Shown here piece by piece: positions 23,050-37,000 of a stretch of 40,298 bases of DNA. Within the stretch, counting starts at the first letter, position 1. The number at the start of each line of letters is the position of its first letter. The notes under the pieces were generated by a model, which searched no databases, was not told the DNA's origin, and saw only the letters and a program-made list of their open reading frames with translations. The DNA is taken from assembly GCA_020184695.1 (NCBI GenBank), contig JAANOX010000148.1, positions 1-40,298 on the forward strand. The letters run 5' to 3'. A program made the translations under genes and the position numbers. Source of the stretch: Histomonas meleagridis 2922-C6/04-290x. Its lineage: Eukaryota > Protista > Parabasalia.

Positions 23050-25101
23050 GTGCGGATTTATTTTATTTTTTTTTTTATATATATATAAACTAATAAATAA
23101 ATGTTTTTTTACACACAATTGTGAAGCAAAACGACAAAAATTTTGTTTTTTATATGAAAACATAAAAACAATAGCATTTTATATTTTCAATTTCTTGACA
23201 AGATCAAGTTTTATATTTTTTTCTCAATTTAATATGATAATATTTGATTCATCACATTTTATTTTTTTAAAAAAAATTTATACAAGCCGATTAAACTTAA
23301 GGTTGGAAATTCATTAATAAAAGAAAGACACAAAAACTTTTTCCTAAATTAAATTTAGAAACAGCTTTACCAAATTTTGAAATATTATGTTTTGTTCTAG
23401 AAGAACAAAAAATACATCTGTTTGGATTTAGCGTAATTCAAGTGTCATGCGATCATTAATATCGACAAACTCATTCTTATGCAATGTGTATCAGCATATT
23501 GCTAACAAAGTTGTTCAACATGGCCTCGTCTGAAAAAATAATAACAGATGATCTTATCTTAGAACTTTGAAGATTTGAGATGAGAATTACGAGAATTATC
23601 AACTCATATCATGCATGCTTGTAGTCCGTGTTAATGAATCAGCTGCATGTTTCATCACGTTACGTTCCGCTTATTCACAAACTTCTCGGTCAAACAAAGA
23701 GTATGGAAGAATAGAAAATATGAACGTGTGAAGCAAAATTGTATAAATTGATTTTGAATTTCAAAAATGTAATTTCAGAGGAATCATTCTAAAGTTCTTT
23801 GCATTATTAATTTCATCGATGAACTAATATATTTATTTTCACTTTACAATAAATTTCTAAATAATTTCAACAATTTCATTATGTTCACTTTGCAGAACTT
23901 TTGAGTAGAACTCCGTTGTTGGTGTGGCGCCATTTACATAATCCCATTTTATCCAGAGTGCAATGCGACATGATAATTTAATGCAAACATATTATAAGCT
24001 TTTAATTAAATGCAACAAGACTTTAACATCACAAAGCACAATATGGCTAAATGATGATTTAATATTAAGTAATTACAAACAAATAATATAAATATTAATA
24101 AATATGTATAAATTTCATTTCCTTCTTGATCAAGAAGATGTAAATGGTATTATTGTTATGGATTAAAATAAAGTTTTATAAAGAAAGGGATTATAAATAA
24201 TTTACAACAACGTCATTTGTTACTGTTTTCATGAATGTGTATATATCAGAAAGAACAAAGTTAAATTTCTTTGGTTTTGACATAAAAAAAGAGAATTTCT
24301 AGTATTTTTGGAATTGACTTTATAAACATTATTGAGTTGTCCAGATTTTTAGCTAAAGGAAGACTGTATAAATCGATTATCAAATTACAGTAATTGTGTA
24401 ACGATTTATTTACAAATTGCAAATAATTTGCATAGTGTATTTGCTTACAATTTCCCAATATTTGCGTCAACTTTTTGTTATTTATTATATAATATTATAT
24501 TATAAAAAATGATTTGCCATACTTTTTGTGAAAACCAATGTAATCTGAATTGTTGGATTAAAAAATACCTTTAGCAAAAATTGTAATAAATTTTACAATA
24601 TATATTCTTCCAATAGTTTAGTTGAATTTGAAGGTCCAAAAGCTAACTTGGAAAAGTGTAAATAAACTCATTGTACTCTTTAATTTTTCGTTAATCATCA
24701 TGTACTTTCGTTTTGAAATAAAAAATATTGAAGGAAGTTTGGGTAAATTTTTTTGAATTGTAATCCTACCTAAGAATCTATGAGGGGAGATTTGCCAATG
24801 GTAATGAAAGTACACGATATTTTGTAAGGATTTGTGTGAGGATCATAGAGCATATAAATTTTTTTCTGAGCATTGATTGAGTCCATATAATTACAACAGA
24901 CAGAATTTTTATCAAAAACCATCGATGATTGAATACGCATTGAATTTTGCGCATCAAACCCCCGTTAGAATTACTTCAGCATTTAAAAACCTCATTTTAT
25001 CATTATCTTTTTAGACAGAACATGTCAAAAGTCAATGTTTGACAAACTTATTGATAATTCATGATGAATGACATTCATGAACGATCGTTATTTAAAAGCA
25101 T

Positions 25102-26433
25102 TTATTTAATACGAGCATTATACCTTGTATCAGATCCTAAACCTTCGAAAAGAGAAGGATACCTTTTTCTATTACAATTCAGGAACCATGGTATTATAAA
25201 CTGATTCTTTCCAATTTCGTTTTGATTTACCAACACAAATTTCTGTGTTTTGGTGGTCACTGTCTGTTTCTTATTAATACTTTCAAGCTCTGCCAATGTT
25301 ACTCCATTTCTTAAGTCCTTTCTCATTGCCGCAAATTGCTGTTCATCAAATTCGGTCTGTGCAATTTGCTTTACCATCCTCGACGGCAGATATTGATAAA
25401 GCGAAAGATGCATCCCGCCCAGTAGATACCTCCCAGCTTTCCCTCTCATCCTGGAGGGGTATGGGAGCTTTCTTTTCGCTTGCTCGAATGTAAAAAACGT
25501 CGGATCGCCAAGTGTATCCGGATGTCCCCTCACTGGGAAATGCGAGTAGAATTTCCTTTCCATTATGCCGTGCGTAAACCATACGCCAATATCAACGGGG
25601 CCATCAGCTTTGCATACCCTTAAAAGTTGTAAGTTCTTTGTGCAGCATATTTCATCAGCATCACCAAACCCAATCATGTCGTCGTCACTGAAGTAATGCG
25701 TTTCTTCATTCCACTTAAGGATACGGTTCCAGCGTTCCCTTTCTTGATAACGCTCATTATGCCATATGCCTTCGCTTGTTTGGCGTAACATTTCATCATT
25801 ATCAATTAAGAAATGAACAACTTTGTCATTAAACTTCTCAAAGCGTGGCTGATGACGGACATCTTCCCAAATAAGTGGCTTGCGCGTTCCCTTGAAATGC
25901 GCATACTTGGATTCAATTATAAATATTTTGTCAACAACTGGATAAAGCTCATTAAGATGGATTTCAAGAATATCTACATCAAAACCAAGTTGAATAGCAT
26001 GCGCAATCTTAGCTGGCTTATCACGCTTTTGCCCATTAAATGCAGTTGGATAATCATTGCAATTAATGTCTTTGGGGTCTGGAAGAACTGGTGGTGTGCA
26101 TTTGGGATCTGGTGGAACTAATGGCTCCATTTCTACAAATTTGGATAAGTCAGTATATAACTTATAACGAAGTTCTTCTGGGAAATTGCTGAAGCTTTCA
26201 GAGTAGTTCTCCCATGGATAGCTTAAAACTACATCTGCAAGTGAGCGAAGAGACTTGACGTTGGCGGTATCGCTTGATGCATTTTTGTCTATAGAAATGC
26301 TATAATTCCCATCTTGAAAGACAATTGTAATACTGATACCTTCTGATTCACTTGGACCAAGGACAACAAGGCCACTGAAGACAATAGCAAAACAAATTAG
26401 TACTGGTATGAATTTAGTCCTCTGTCTGTTCAT
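25102..26433 (-). CDS. Glycosyltransferase family 17 (GnT-III/MGAT3-like), type II membrane protein
   Basis: DILEIHLNELYPVVDKIFIIES, KPLIW, WHNERYQRE, GFGDADEI (DxD). TM anchor FIPVLICFAIVFSGLVVLG. The start may instead be ATG 26508. Confidence 0.8.
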   Translation of the reverse strand: MNRQRTKFIPVLICFAIVFSGLVVLGPSESEGISITIVFQDGNYSISIDKNASSDTANVKSLRSLADVVLSYPWENYSESFSNFPEELRYKLYTDLSKFVEMEPLVPPDPKCTPPVLPDPKDINCNDYPTAFNGQKRDKPAKIAHAIQLGFDVDILEIHLNELYPVVDKIFIIESKYAHFKGTRKPLIWEDVRHQPRFEKFNDKVVHFLIDNDEMLRQTSEGIWHNERYQERERWNRILKWNEETHYFSDDDMIGFGDADEICCTKNLQLLRVCKADGPVDIGVWFTHGIMERKFYSHFPVRGHPDTLGDPTFFTFEQAKRKLPYPSRMRGKAGRYLLGGMHLSLYQYLPSRMVKQIAQTEFDEQQFAAMRKDLRNGVTLAELESINKKQTVTTKTQKFVLVNQNEIGKNQFIIPWFLNCNRKRYPSLFEGLGSDTRYNARIK

Positions 26434-27140
26434 GTCTTCGTCTTTAGCCTTGTTTTTTAGGTTTCTTATGAACGATAGGTGTAATCTTCCGAAGTCTCTA
26501 TCGTTCATCTGAATATTAAGGAACAGATAAAAAAATGAAAGTTGAGGTAAGTTCAAAGAATTAAAAACTATTTTTTATTTACTCTGTCTTCATAAACAGA
26601 ATAAATAAATTTTTGACTGAATATACAAAAAGTAATGATTTTTGATGAAATTGACTCTTCTTAAGATTGCAAATGTATTTCATTAATATATTCGAAAAAC
26701 TTTCATAGCAATTTTATGTTAATGTGCTTAGAAATTTTTGGAGTGTGCTAAACTTGTAATTTTGCCTTAAAGCACTCTTTAAAAAATCATTCATCTCTAA
26801 TGAATCATTAAAAACGGTATTTCAAAAACTAATGTCAGTAAAAATTTATGAAAATGAATGTTAATGTTCATGATAAGAGATATGTTAAGACTATCTCAAA
26901 ATTTAAAATCAATAAATATAAAATTTAAACTTACAAGTTATTAGTAATATTTTTCATGATTTTAAATATGTGTGTCATCACACAAATATTTCGAACATTG
27001 GAAAAGGAGAAATATTTTATCACTCAATAATAAAATTGATTACTTTATGATTAAATTATGACGACCGTTAATTCCCCGCTCTGAATTCAGATGCAGTGTT
27101 CAAAAGTGTCTCGAGCCAACCAAATTGACACAAACCGTCA

Positions 27141-27145
27141 TCACT
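27141..27145 (+). promoter_or_regulatory. Inr TCACT upstream of clathrin copy 2
   Basis: Consensus match 6 nt before ATG 27152. Confidence 0.55.
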
Positions 27146-27151
27146 TGTTTC

Positions 27152-30100
27152 ATGTCGGTTCCCATCAACACCACGGAAGTTCTCAACTTCCAGCAATTTG
27201 GGATTGATCCCAAATTTGCCAGTATTTCTAATACATCATTATCGAAGGACAAATATTTATGTGTTCGTGAAGTTACAGAAACAGAAGGAAATGTTGTTAT
27301 TATAGATCTTCAACAAAACAACAGTGTTACACGTCATAAGAACACGGCCGATTCAGCAGTTATGCATCCATCACGGAATGTTATTGCTATGCGAGGAGGT
27401 AATGTTTTACAAGTTTTTGATCTTGGAGCACGTCAACGTCTTAAATCATTTCAATTGAATCCTGGGCAAACAGTTAGTTATTGGACATGGTTAGATGATG
27501 ATATTTTAGCATTTGTTTCTTCAGGGCAAGTTTATCACTGGTCACTTTCTTCACAAAACAATCCAATTCCTATCTTCCAAGTTCAACCACCACTTTCTAA
27601 TGGAAGTATTATGAAGTATAGTATGTCACATGACCAACAGTGGGTTTGTATTTCAGGTCTTGCACAAGAAGGTAATCAAATCGTTGGAAAATTACAACTT
27701 TATTCACGAGAACGTAATGCATCACAAATGATTGATGCATTTGCGTTTGAATTTGGCCGTTATCAAACTGTTCCAATTTTAATCTTTTCCAATAAGAATC
27801 AAAATGGGATGTTTATGAACATTATTCCATTAGGTGCATCCCCAGCTGCCCAACAATTTGGTAAGAAGAACGTTGATTTACCCATTGCAAATGATGCCCA
27901 AGGAGATATTCCACTTCAATTATTGTTTTCGCAGAAGTATGACACAGCGTATTTGCTCACGAAGATGGGATATTTGTATTTAGTTGAAGTTGAAACGCCA
28001 TTTGTGTATATTTCAGCACGAGTTTCACAAACGCCATTTATTCATGCGTCATTAACACGCGAAGGAGGTATTATTGCATTATCACGCGATGGTCGTATGA
28101 CGAAACTTACGATTAATGATTCCACGATCATTGAATTTGTAGCCAAAACGCGCGGCAATCCGCAGTCAGCGTCACACATTGCATCGAGTGCCGGTCTTCA
28201 GATTTCTGGCGATTTTATGAATCAACAACTTGATCAATTGATTCGACAAGGTAATTATGTTGAAGCCGCGCATTGTGCTGCCAATTCGCCCGGTGGTTCA
28301 TTACGTAATATGCAAACGATTCAAAAGTTATTAAGCATTCAAACTATGGGCGGTGCGCCACCTCTTTTGCAGTATTTCAACGAATTGTTAAATATAACGA
28401 AACTTAACGAAGTCGAATCTATTGAATTATGTCGAATTGTTGTTAATTTGAACAAGACGAATCTTATTGAGAAATGGATCAAAGAGGACAAACTCACGCC
28501 GTCAGAAGCGTTGGGGGATGTCTGCCGCCCTGACCCGCGCATTGCAGTTGCCATTTATTTACGTGCTAATGTCTCAGAGAAAGTTGTTGCGACTTTTGCA
28601 GAGATGAATGCGTTTGATAAACTTCAAGCCTATTGCCAAAAAGATGTCATACACGCCGAACTGGATGCAAATCATTACCATTGTAGCGCGTACAGCGCCA
28701 GATAAAGCAGAACCACTTTTAACACATGTTGCGAACAACGGGCAGCCGCTTGTTGACGCGAAACAAGTTGTTAATTTATTAGTTCAATTCCAAATGATTC
28801 GTCAAGCGATACGATTTTTAATTGATGTATTACAAACAGATCGCGAAGAAGATTCCGATTTACAAACGATGTTATTTGAGATTGCACTTAAGAACATGCC
28901 GAAACTTGCCGAAGAATTATTTGTTAAGAACATTTTCACGTATTATGATCGCCAACGCATTGCAGCACTTTGTGAAAGCGCCGGTAATTTCCAACGTGCG
29001 TTAGAACATTACACCGATTTACCATCGATCAAACGCTGCATCGTTAATGTTCAAAACATATCACAAGATTTCTTAGTTCAATACTTCTCTACGATGTCAG
29101 CAGAATGGGCCATTGACTGTTTACGTGAATTATTATTAAATAATCCACGAGGTAATGTTCAAGTTGTTGTTCGTATTGCTAGTACATATTGGGAGAAATT
29201 GGGTATTGACACATTAATTAATTTATTCCATGAAACGAATTCGAGCGAAGGGATTTACTATTTCTTAGCGCAAGTTGTCAACACGTGCGATGATCCAGAC
29301 ATTCACTTCCGTTACATTGAAGCTGCGACTAAATTAGGCCACTACCAAGAAGTTGAGAACATGTGCAGCGAAAGTCAGCACTTACAACCAGAGCGTGTTC
29401 GAGATTTCTTAATTCAACAAGACTTAAGCGACAAAGTTCCAATTATTGTTTTATGCAATCGATTTGGTTTTATTGAAGATTTGACCAAATATTTATATAA
29501 GAAAGGCGCATTACGCGAACTCGAGACATATGTTCAAAAGTTCAACACAGATATGGCCGGTCGCGTTATTGGAGCATTAATTGACATTGAAGCGCCTAAC
29601 GATTACATCACCAAATTACTTAACTCAGTTCAACACACAGCGCCAATTGACGATTTAATTACACAAACGATGAAACGCGATCGCATTAAAATCCTTGAGC
29701 CAATTCTTTATGCGCGTGCACAAGCCGGATCAATTGATACTGCCACGAACAATGGGATTGTTTTTGTTAGCAGTGTTATCCAATCGTAATGGAGAAAAAT
29801 TATTACGCGAGAACCAATACTATGATCCTAAATTTGTTGGGGACATATTATCTAAACGCGATGCGCACTTAGCGTGCATTGCATATTCCAAAGGCAAATG
29901 CGACAATGAATTAATTGAATTAACTAATACACATCAACTCTACAAAGAGCAAGCGCGTTACTGCGTTGCACGCCAAGATCCAGAGCTGTGGGCGCGTGTA
30001 TTATCACCAGAGAATGAGCACATGAAACTTGTTGTCGATGCAGTTATATCCACCGCGTTACCAGAGTGCGACGATCCAGACAAAGTGTCACAGACAGTCA

Positions 30101-32261
30101 AAGCATTCATTGATGCGAATATTCCTACGCAACTTTTAGGATTATTAGAGAAAGTTGTTATGGAGTCACCGCAATTCCAGAACAACACATCATTACAGAA
30201 CTTATTAATTATCACAGCGATTAAATCAGATACATCACGCGTCATGACATATGTCACTCGCTTAAATGACTACACGTGGGACAAAATCTGCGAACATTTG
30301 ATCCAATCACAGCTTTACGATGAAGCGATTGCGTCATATAAGAAATTCAATCAAAATGTCGAAGCTGTCAAAGTTATGTTAAATTATAAGAAGTCGATTC
30401 AAGCAGCATCAGATTGGGCGCAGCACTGTGACGAACCCGCCGTTTGGGGCGAAGTTGGCCGTGCTCAACTTGCAGAAGGATTAGTTGTAGATGCGATTGA
30501 TTCATTTGTTAAAGCGCGCGACACCAAAGAGTACAACAAAGTCATCCAATTGTGTGAAGAACAGAACCAATACGGTGCGCTTGTTACATTTTTAGAACTT
30601 GCACGTGAAATCCAAAATCGAGATCCGATTATAGAAACAGAATTATGTTTTGCATATGCTAAAACAGACAAATTAGCAGAACTTGAAGAACTTACATCAG
30701 GCCCGAACTCAGCGCGCGAGAAAGAAGTTGCAGACCGATGCTTCGAATGCAAATTATACAAAGCAGCGAAAATCATATACACAGCGATCAAAGACTACAC
30801 GCGACTCACGGAGACATTGTTAGAACTCAACGAATTCAAGTCAGCGATTGAAGCAGCGCGCAAAGCTGGCACATCGTCCGCGTGGAAGGCCGTCAACAAG
30901 GCGTGCGTGCTGGCGGGCGAATTCAGTTTGGCGCAGTCAGCAGGTCTTCAAGTTGTTGTTGAAGCAGACTTAATCACAGACGTCATTGAGTTATATGAAA
31001 ACTTGGGCTACTTCACGCAAATCATCCAATTATTGGAAGCTGCGATGTCATTAGAACGTGCGCACGGCGGCATCTTCACTGAACTTGCCGTTTTGTATGC
31101 GAAACATCAACCAGAGAAAGTATTGGAGCACCTTAAGACGTATTATCAAAAGATTGCACTGTTCAAAGTCATCAAACAACTGAATTTGATGCACATGTGG
31201 AAGGAGCTTACATTTGCATACGAGAAATACAGCGAATATGACAACGCCGTCCTCGTTATGATGGAACACCCGTCGACATCGTGGGAGCACGGGCACTTCA
31301 AAGACTTAATTTCGCAGGTATCGAACGCGGACATATTATATCGCTCACTTACATTTTACTTGAATTATTCGCCGTTAGACTTAAACGAACTTTTTTAGGC
31401 GTAATTGGGCAAAAGATCGACTCTACGCGCGTTGTCGAAATGTTCCGACGAAGTAACAATTTGCAGCTTATCAAAACGTATTTAGCGTCTATCCAGAGCA
31501 ACAACATCCAGGCAGTCAACGAAGCGCTGAACCAAATGTACATCGAAGACGGTGACTACGAATCACTTCGCCACTCTATTGATTCATTTGATTTGTTTGA
31601 GTCAGTCACATTAGCGCGCTCGCTTGAGCACCACGAGTGTTTGGAGTTCCGTCGGATCGCATCGTACATATACCGTAAGTCGAAGCGATGGAACGAAGCG
31701 ATAACATTATCGAAGAAGGACAAATTGTACGGTGACTGCATCGAAACAGCAGCGCAGTCGCAGAAGTCAGATATTGCCGAATCGCTTTTGCATTACTTTG
31801 TTGACGAGAAATTATACGAATGCTTCGCCGCGTGCACATTTGTCTGCTACGACTTAATTACATCGGATGTTGTTTTAGAGTTGGCGTGGCGCAACAACTG
31901 CATCGACTTTGCGATGCCGTATCTCATTCAGTCACTTCGCGAACAGAACCAAATCATCAGTAAGTTGACATCGCAGATGGGCGACATGGACGAGAAAATC
32001 GACGAAACGAAAGAAGTTGCGCAAATGGCAGTTTCGCTCTCTCAGGCGCCGCCGGGCTTTGCGCCTTCGAATGCGCCGTTCCCCGACAGCAACAGCATTG
32101 CGAACTCGACAGGCGGCTTCAACATGGGCAACAACACGTTCGTAGCGAGCGCAGACCCATTCGCAGCAGCAGCGAAGACATCGAATGCACAGAACACATT
32201 CAACGGAACGAACTCAGCAGGAAACTTCCCAACGTTCAACGCGCAGTTTCCGCCGTTTTGA
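27152..32261 (+). CDS. CHC: Clathrin heavy chain (copy 2), three frameshifts at homopolymers
   Basis: The same protein as copy 1. Breaks near 28640 (A run), 29760 (T run) and 31390 (T run) are absent from copy 1 at those sites. Confidence 0.97.
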
Positions 32262-32337
32262 GTCAGAAGGTAAAAATTAATAAACAAAAGTTTTTTACCA
32301 AATTTCGTTTTCTTTATGTAAAAGAAAAAGAAAAAGA

Positions 32338-32616
32338 AAACGTTGCGACAGTATCAGAACGCACTCAGTCTGATGAAGTAAAACGGCGTTGTGTGGAAGT
32401 GATTTGATGTGCAGCGAAGAAACGTTGCGACAGTATAAGAACGCACTCAGTCTGATGAAGTAAAACGGCGTTGTGTGGAAGTGATTTGATGTGCAGCGAA
32501 GAAACGTTGCGACAGTATAAGAACGCACTCAGTCTGATGAAGTAAAACGGCGTTGTGTGGAAGTGATTTGATGTGCAGCGAAAGAAACGTTGCGACAGTA
32601 TAAGAACGCACTCAGT
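32338..32616. repeat. 82-83 bp tandem repeat, ~3.4 copies (mirror of 4881-5160)
   Basis: Direct sequence comparison. Confidence 0.95.
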
Positions 32617-32729
32617 TCGGTTGTATTACAGTAAAATGCGATGGCAAAAACATTGTGAATGATTTAATACATTTTTACGAAATTTTATTAATAATTTAAT
32701 TTAATTTGTATTTCGCTTAAATTTTGTGA

Positions 32730-33450
32730 TTATTTATGTTTATAATCTTCAAATATCTGAACGATACTACTAAAATAACCTGCGGAGGCATGATCGGATG
32801 CTGTTAAGAATATTTAAAATAATTTCCATAAATGAATTTATAATATTATGTCATTTGAAAAAACATTGAATAAAACAAATAAATATCTTTAGAATTAACA
32901 TCAATTCCTTCTCGTTGAAGAAACAATTTGACGATTTTAGAACGACCTTCTTTAGATGCATATATTAGTGCTGTTAAGAATATTTAAAATAATTTCTATA
33001 AATGAATTTATAATATTATGTCATTAGAAACATCAAAGAAAACAAATATCTTTAGAATTAAAAATATTTAAAATAATTTCCAAATATTAGTTTATAATAT
33101 TATGTCATTAGAAAAAAACATCAAATAAAATAAATAAATATCTTTAGCATTAATATCAATTCCTTCTTGTTGAAGGAGTAATTTAATAGCTTCAGTTTGA
33201 CCTTCTTTAGATGCAGACATAAGAGGTGTAAGAAATCACTAAAATATACACCAATCATTATTTTAAAATATAAAACAATATAAATTTCAGAAAATCTATA
33301 TTTTGTATTTATATTAGTGTTTTCTTTTTCAAGAAGAAATTGTATTATTTCAATTTTACCTAATCGAGATGCGTACATTAAAGCTTTCTTTTTATAATTA
33401 TAATAAACTTCAAATCATATTTAAAAATATAAAATAAAAAGATTAAATAT
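32730..33450 (-). repeat. Interrupted ankyrin array, right-arm copy (one module deleted)
   Basis: Mirror of 3932-4767. The terminal module reads TASDHASAGYFSSIVQIFEDYKHK*. Confidence 0.8.
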
Positions 33451-35905
33451 TTAATCTATATAAAAATCAATTGTTTCCATGAGTTTAAACATTTCTTCAT
33501 GTTCAAAAATAAATTTAATCGTTTCAACATTTTCCCTGAATTAATAACTGGATTCACATATAATCTTATCGGGAAGATTCTTTCCATATAATAAATATTG
33601 TAACAAAAAAGCATTTCCTGTTCTTGCTATTTTTAAAATTAATGACTCGAAATCCATTCCTTCCTTTTCTATGTGATAAAATTCTCATAGTTATTAAAAC
33701 TAATACAAATCTCCACATATCCTGGTAAATCAAATATATCTGTTAATTTCTTCTCATAAATATATTTAAATATATCATTTCGATGAAATTCGATTGCTGT
33801 TTCATATGCATATTTAAATGACGAATGATCCTCGTCCACATAAACTGACTGATTTCAAGGTGATTCGTCCGTGCTATTGCATACGTGCCTGTGTTTTCTG
33901 ACATTTAGCATTATTCACGAGTAAGAACATTTGAAACGATTTGAACCGCCGATAGCTGCGAAAATCTGAACTTCACCGTAAATCATTTCGAATTATTTTT
34001 GCAATTTCATTTGGATTAACTCCTTCTTTAATCAATTGCTTATGAAGTTCCCAATCATTTTCCATAAGTTCATTATGTATACTTCTAAACTGATTTCGAA
34101 ATGGATAATACGTCATGGCACCACAATATCTATTAATATATTTTGGAAAAAGTAAACTATTTAATTTTCGCTCTGTTTTATAATGTACCAAAATATAATG
34201 AATCTCTTTTTATTCCGAATATTGGTTCAATCATTTTATATTCTATCATTTTTTCAATTAAATAATTTGATTCTTGTGTTTCTAAATTATAAATATATTT
34301 AATAAAATATGATATTATTTTATCACATTTCTTAATTTCTTTTTCAATAATCTTTAAAATATTAAAATAAAATTTTTCTTCGTTTCTCATAGAAGCAAAA
34401 GCAGAATAAAAAAATCGGCATAGCATAATATTAAATGAAATTGGAAACTTATCATTACATAGAAAATTTAATGATTGAATTGATGTTTCAATATTATTAT
34501 CATTTAAATTAAAGATAGTTTCTTCCATTATGTTTATTTTTTTACCTTTTTCCCATAAATTTTTCCTGAAATTAAGTTTTGGAATTAATTCATCTTCAAA
34601 TTCTATTGGATCAATTAAAAAAGGCTTTTTCATGTGAACTTTATCAAATTTTCCTGTAATAATTGTTAAATCCAAATAATTTGGAATATTTACAATTGTA
34701 AACCCAGTTTTACTCGCCCATTCAATAATTTCCTTCACTTTATTTATATTTTTATCGTGGTTTATCCCTAATATTTCAATTCTTCTTTCAAATGAAGAAA
34801 TATCTTGAAAATAGATAATTGCCGAATCGTTAAATAATATGTTTATAATGATGTGATAATGTTGCAATTCTATTTTCATGTATCTCCCATATTAAATATC
34901 CATTTCTATCAATAACTATAAAATTAAATGCGAAAGGAAACATTTGTTCGGGAGTATAAATATTAACATAATATTGAAATTTATTATGAGATTTTAACTC
35001 AATTCCATGTTTTGGATCCCATTGAGCTAATATTGGAATTGTTCCCACAACTACAAGTTTAATTTCCTCGTTAAATATCCAACTTTGTGCTGATAATGTA
35101 CAGCAAATTAAATTTGGCTTTGAATTATCAATAAACACTCCTCGAAAGAAAACTGAAAATTATCAATTAAAGAAATTTTAGAAATATGAATTTTTGTTGT
35201 TTTGGTTCATTTCAATCCAAGTGTCATTAAATTCAACGAAATTTATTGTTTCATTCGGAAATGTATAATTCCGATTATTACCTTTTTCAACGACTATATT
35301 TTTAGATTTCTCAATAACAACTTATATTTATAACTAATTGATTCTGGTAGATATGATAATGTTTAAATCACACATTGCCAATTATAATTGTTATCATTAA
35401 AAGTTTCATTCATTTCTGAATTAATATTATACATTTGAAGTCCTTTATTCACATCCCAATGACCTAATTCAGGTAATGAACCAACAACAAATAAATTTTG
35501 AACACAGTACGTTGGATAATTGATTTTAAATCTCAAAGTTTTTCTTTCGTGATTACTTAAATTTTTTTCAAAATCACTGATTAAAATTGGTTCTTCAATA
35601 AAATCTGGTATATTAAATGTTACAATTTCTGTAAGATTATTTTCATTTGATTCATATTGATAATATAATTTTAATTTTGGTTGAATTGCTATCTTTAAAT
35701 CGATTGAATGAGTTCTTGAATTTAATACATTCATTTTAATTTTATTAATATCTTTTTTATCTGCGTCATGTTTATCCACCCACCATAATAGATACGTATC
35801 TTCATTATGAGAAGTATAAAAGTTAAACATAAATCTTCTTTCCATTTCTGTTGTTCTAACTGAATATTTGGAAACTGCCAATAATTCAAAACTGAACATT
35901 GCCAT
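33451..35905 (-). CDS. CBM20-CBM20-DUF3447/ankyrin gene, right-arm copy, heavily frameshifted or garbled
   Basis: ORF fragments 35363..35905, 34830..35138, 34178..34879 and 33973..34191 match the 850-aa protein. Garbled sequence at about 33830-33985. Confidence 0.75.
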
Positions 35906-36023
35906 TTTTCACGTCGGCGTGATTTATTCACTCATTCATAACGATTATTGAAAATGCCAGAACACAAAACGACATAATACTCAAATATCGGTATTGAATT
36001 CCAATTGTCAAGAAAAGTTTGCA

Positions 36024-37000
36024 ATGTTTTGTGTTTAGCTTTTAGTTTCGCAACCGATTACATAGTGGATTCATCTACGAGAGAAGGCGAAAATATTACT
36101 TGTGGCGATGGTTTTTGTACAGGTCTTTGCATTAACTACATTAATCATTCCAAAAATACAGAAAATTTTACACTCTATGAAAATGCTTCTTATTGCTATA
36201 CAGGTAATTATGATTTATGCTATTTGAGCAGATACATATATTATTTAACTGCTATTGTATTTTTATTTCCGATCATCATTGTATTAATTTGTTCATGTGC
36301 AAAATTCTGCTGCCCTCAAAAGTGTTACTCCCTATTATTTTACTATGATGATGATTGGGACTGTTCTTGGTGCAGCAGGTCTTGGTATTAGCATTGGAAC
36401 TATTTATTGTGTAATTCTATATGACAATGAATTTGAAACAATAGGGAGTATGTTCTTACTTGTTTTTCCTATTTTATATGTATTTGGTTTGGTTGTTTCG
36501 ATTGTATTTCCACTTAGTCAAGAACCAGAGAATGTACCATACCATCGTTTTATTGGAAAAGGATATTATACTTTATCTGAGCTAGCTGATAAAATAGCAG
36601 AAGTCCGAACTGCGCCACCAATTTATAAAGTGTCTCAATTTGATAACAAAAAATTCATACAAAACCTCGAATATGTTTCATGGGAAGAATATGAAGAATT
36701 CGTATCTATTCCAACTAAAAAGCCAGTTTGCGTTATATTTGATATCTATGTCGAAGCAAGTCAAGCAATGACAGAAGAATCTATTCGATGTTCTGATAGC
36801 CCGACTAAATTGGAAGGATATGTTAATGTCAACACAGAACCTTTAATCGTAACATTCCATTTGTTGTTAAGTTTAAGTGACAAAGCCATTCATGAAAGTA
36901 ATTTATTTTGTTCTTGAAATTTTCCCTTATTCATTTTTGCTTGACTTAATATTTTACTCAAATTGTCAATTGATTGTCGTGTATTCTTCTAAAAGAGCAG
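36024..37000 (+). CDS. 3-TM membrane protein, right-arm copy, frameshifted and lacking the C-terminal ~30 codons
   Basis: Matches 205..1284. Left-arm bases ~149-296, including the stop codon, are absent here. Confidence 0.65.

Noticed and set aside
23340-24000. Minus-strand reading that looks like a hypermutated, stop-riddled gene
   Set aside because: About 14 stops in ~200 codons is what random AT-rich DNA gives, and no family is recognisable.
32338-32616. Hammerhead ribozyme or retrozyme (CUGAUGA...GAAAC...GUA/AUH)
   Set aside because: Stem I and stem II cannot be paired around the core in monomer or tandem arrangement. It is kept only as an open RNA-like repeat.
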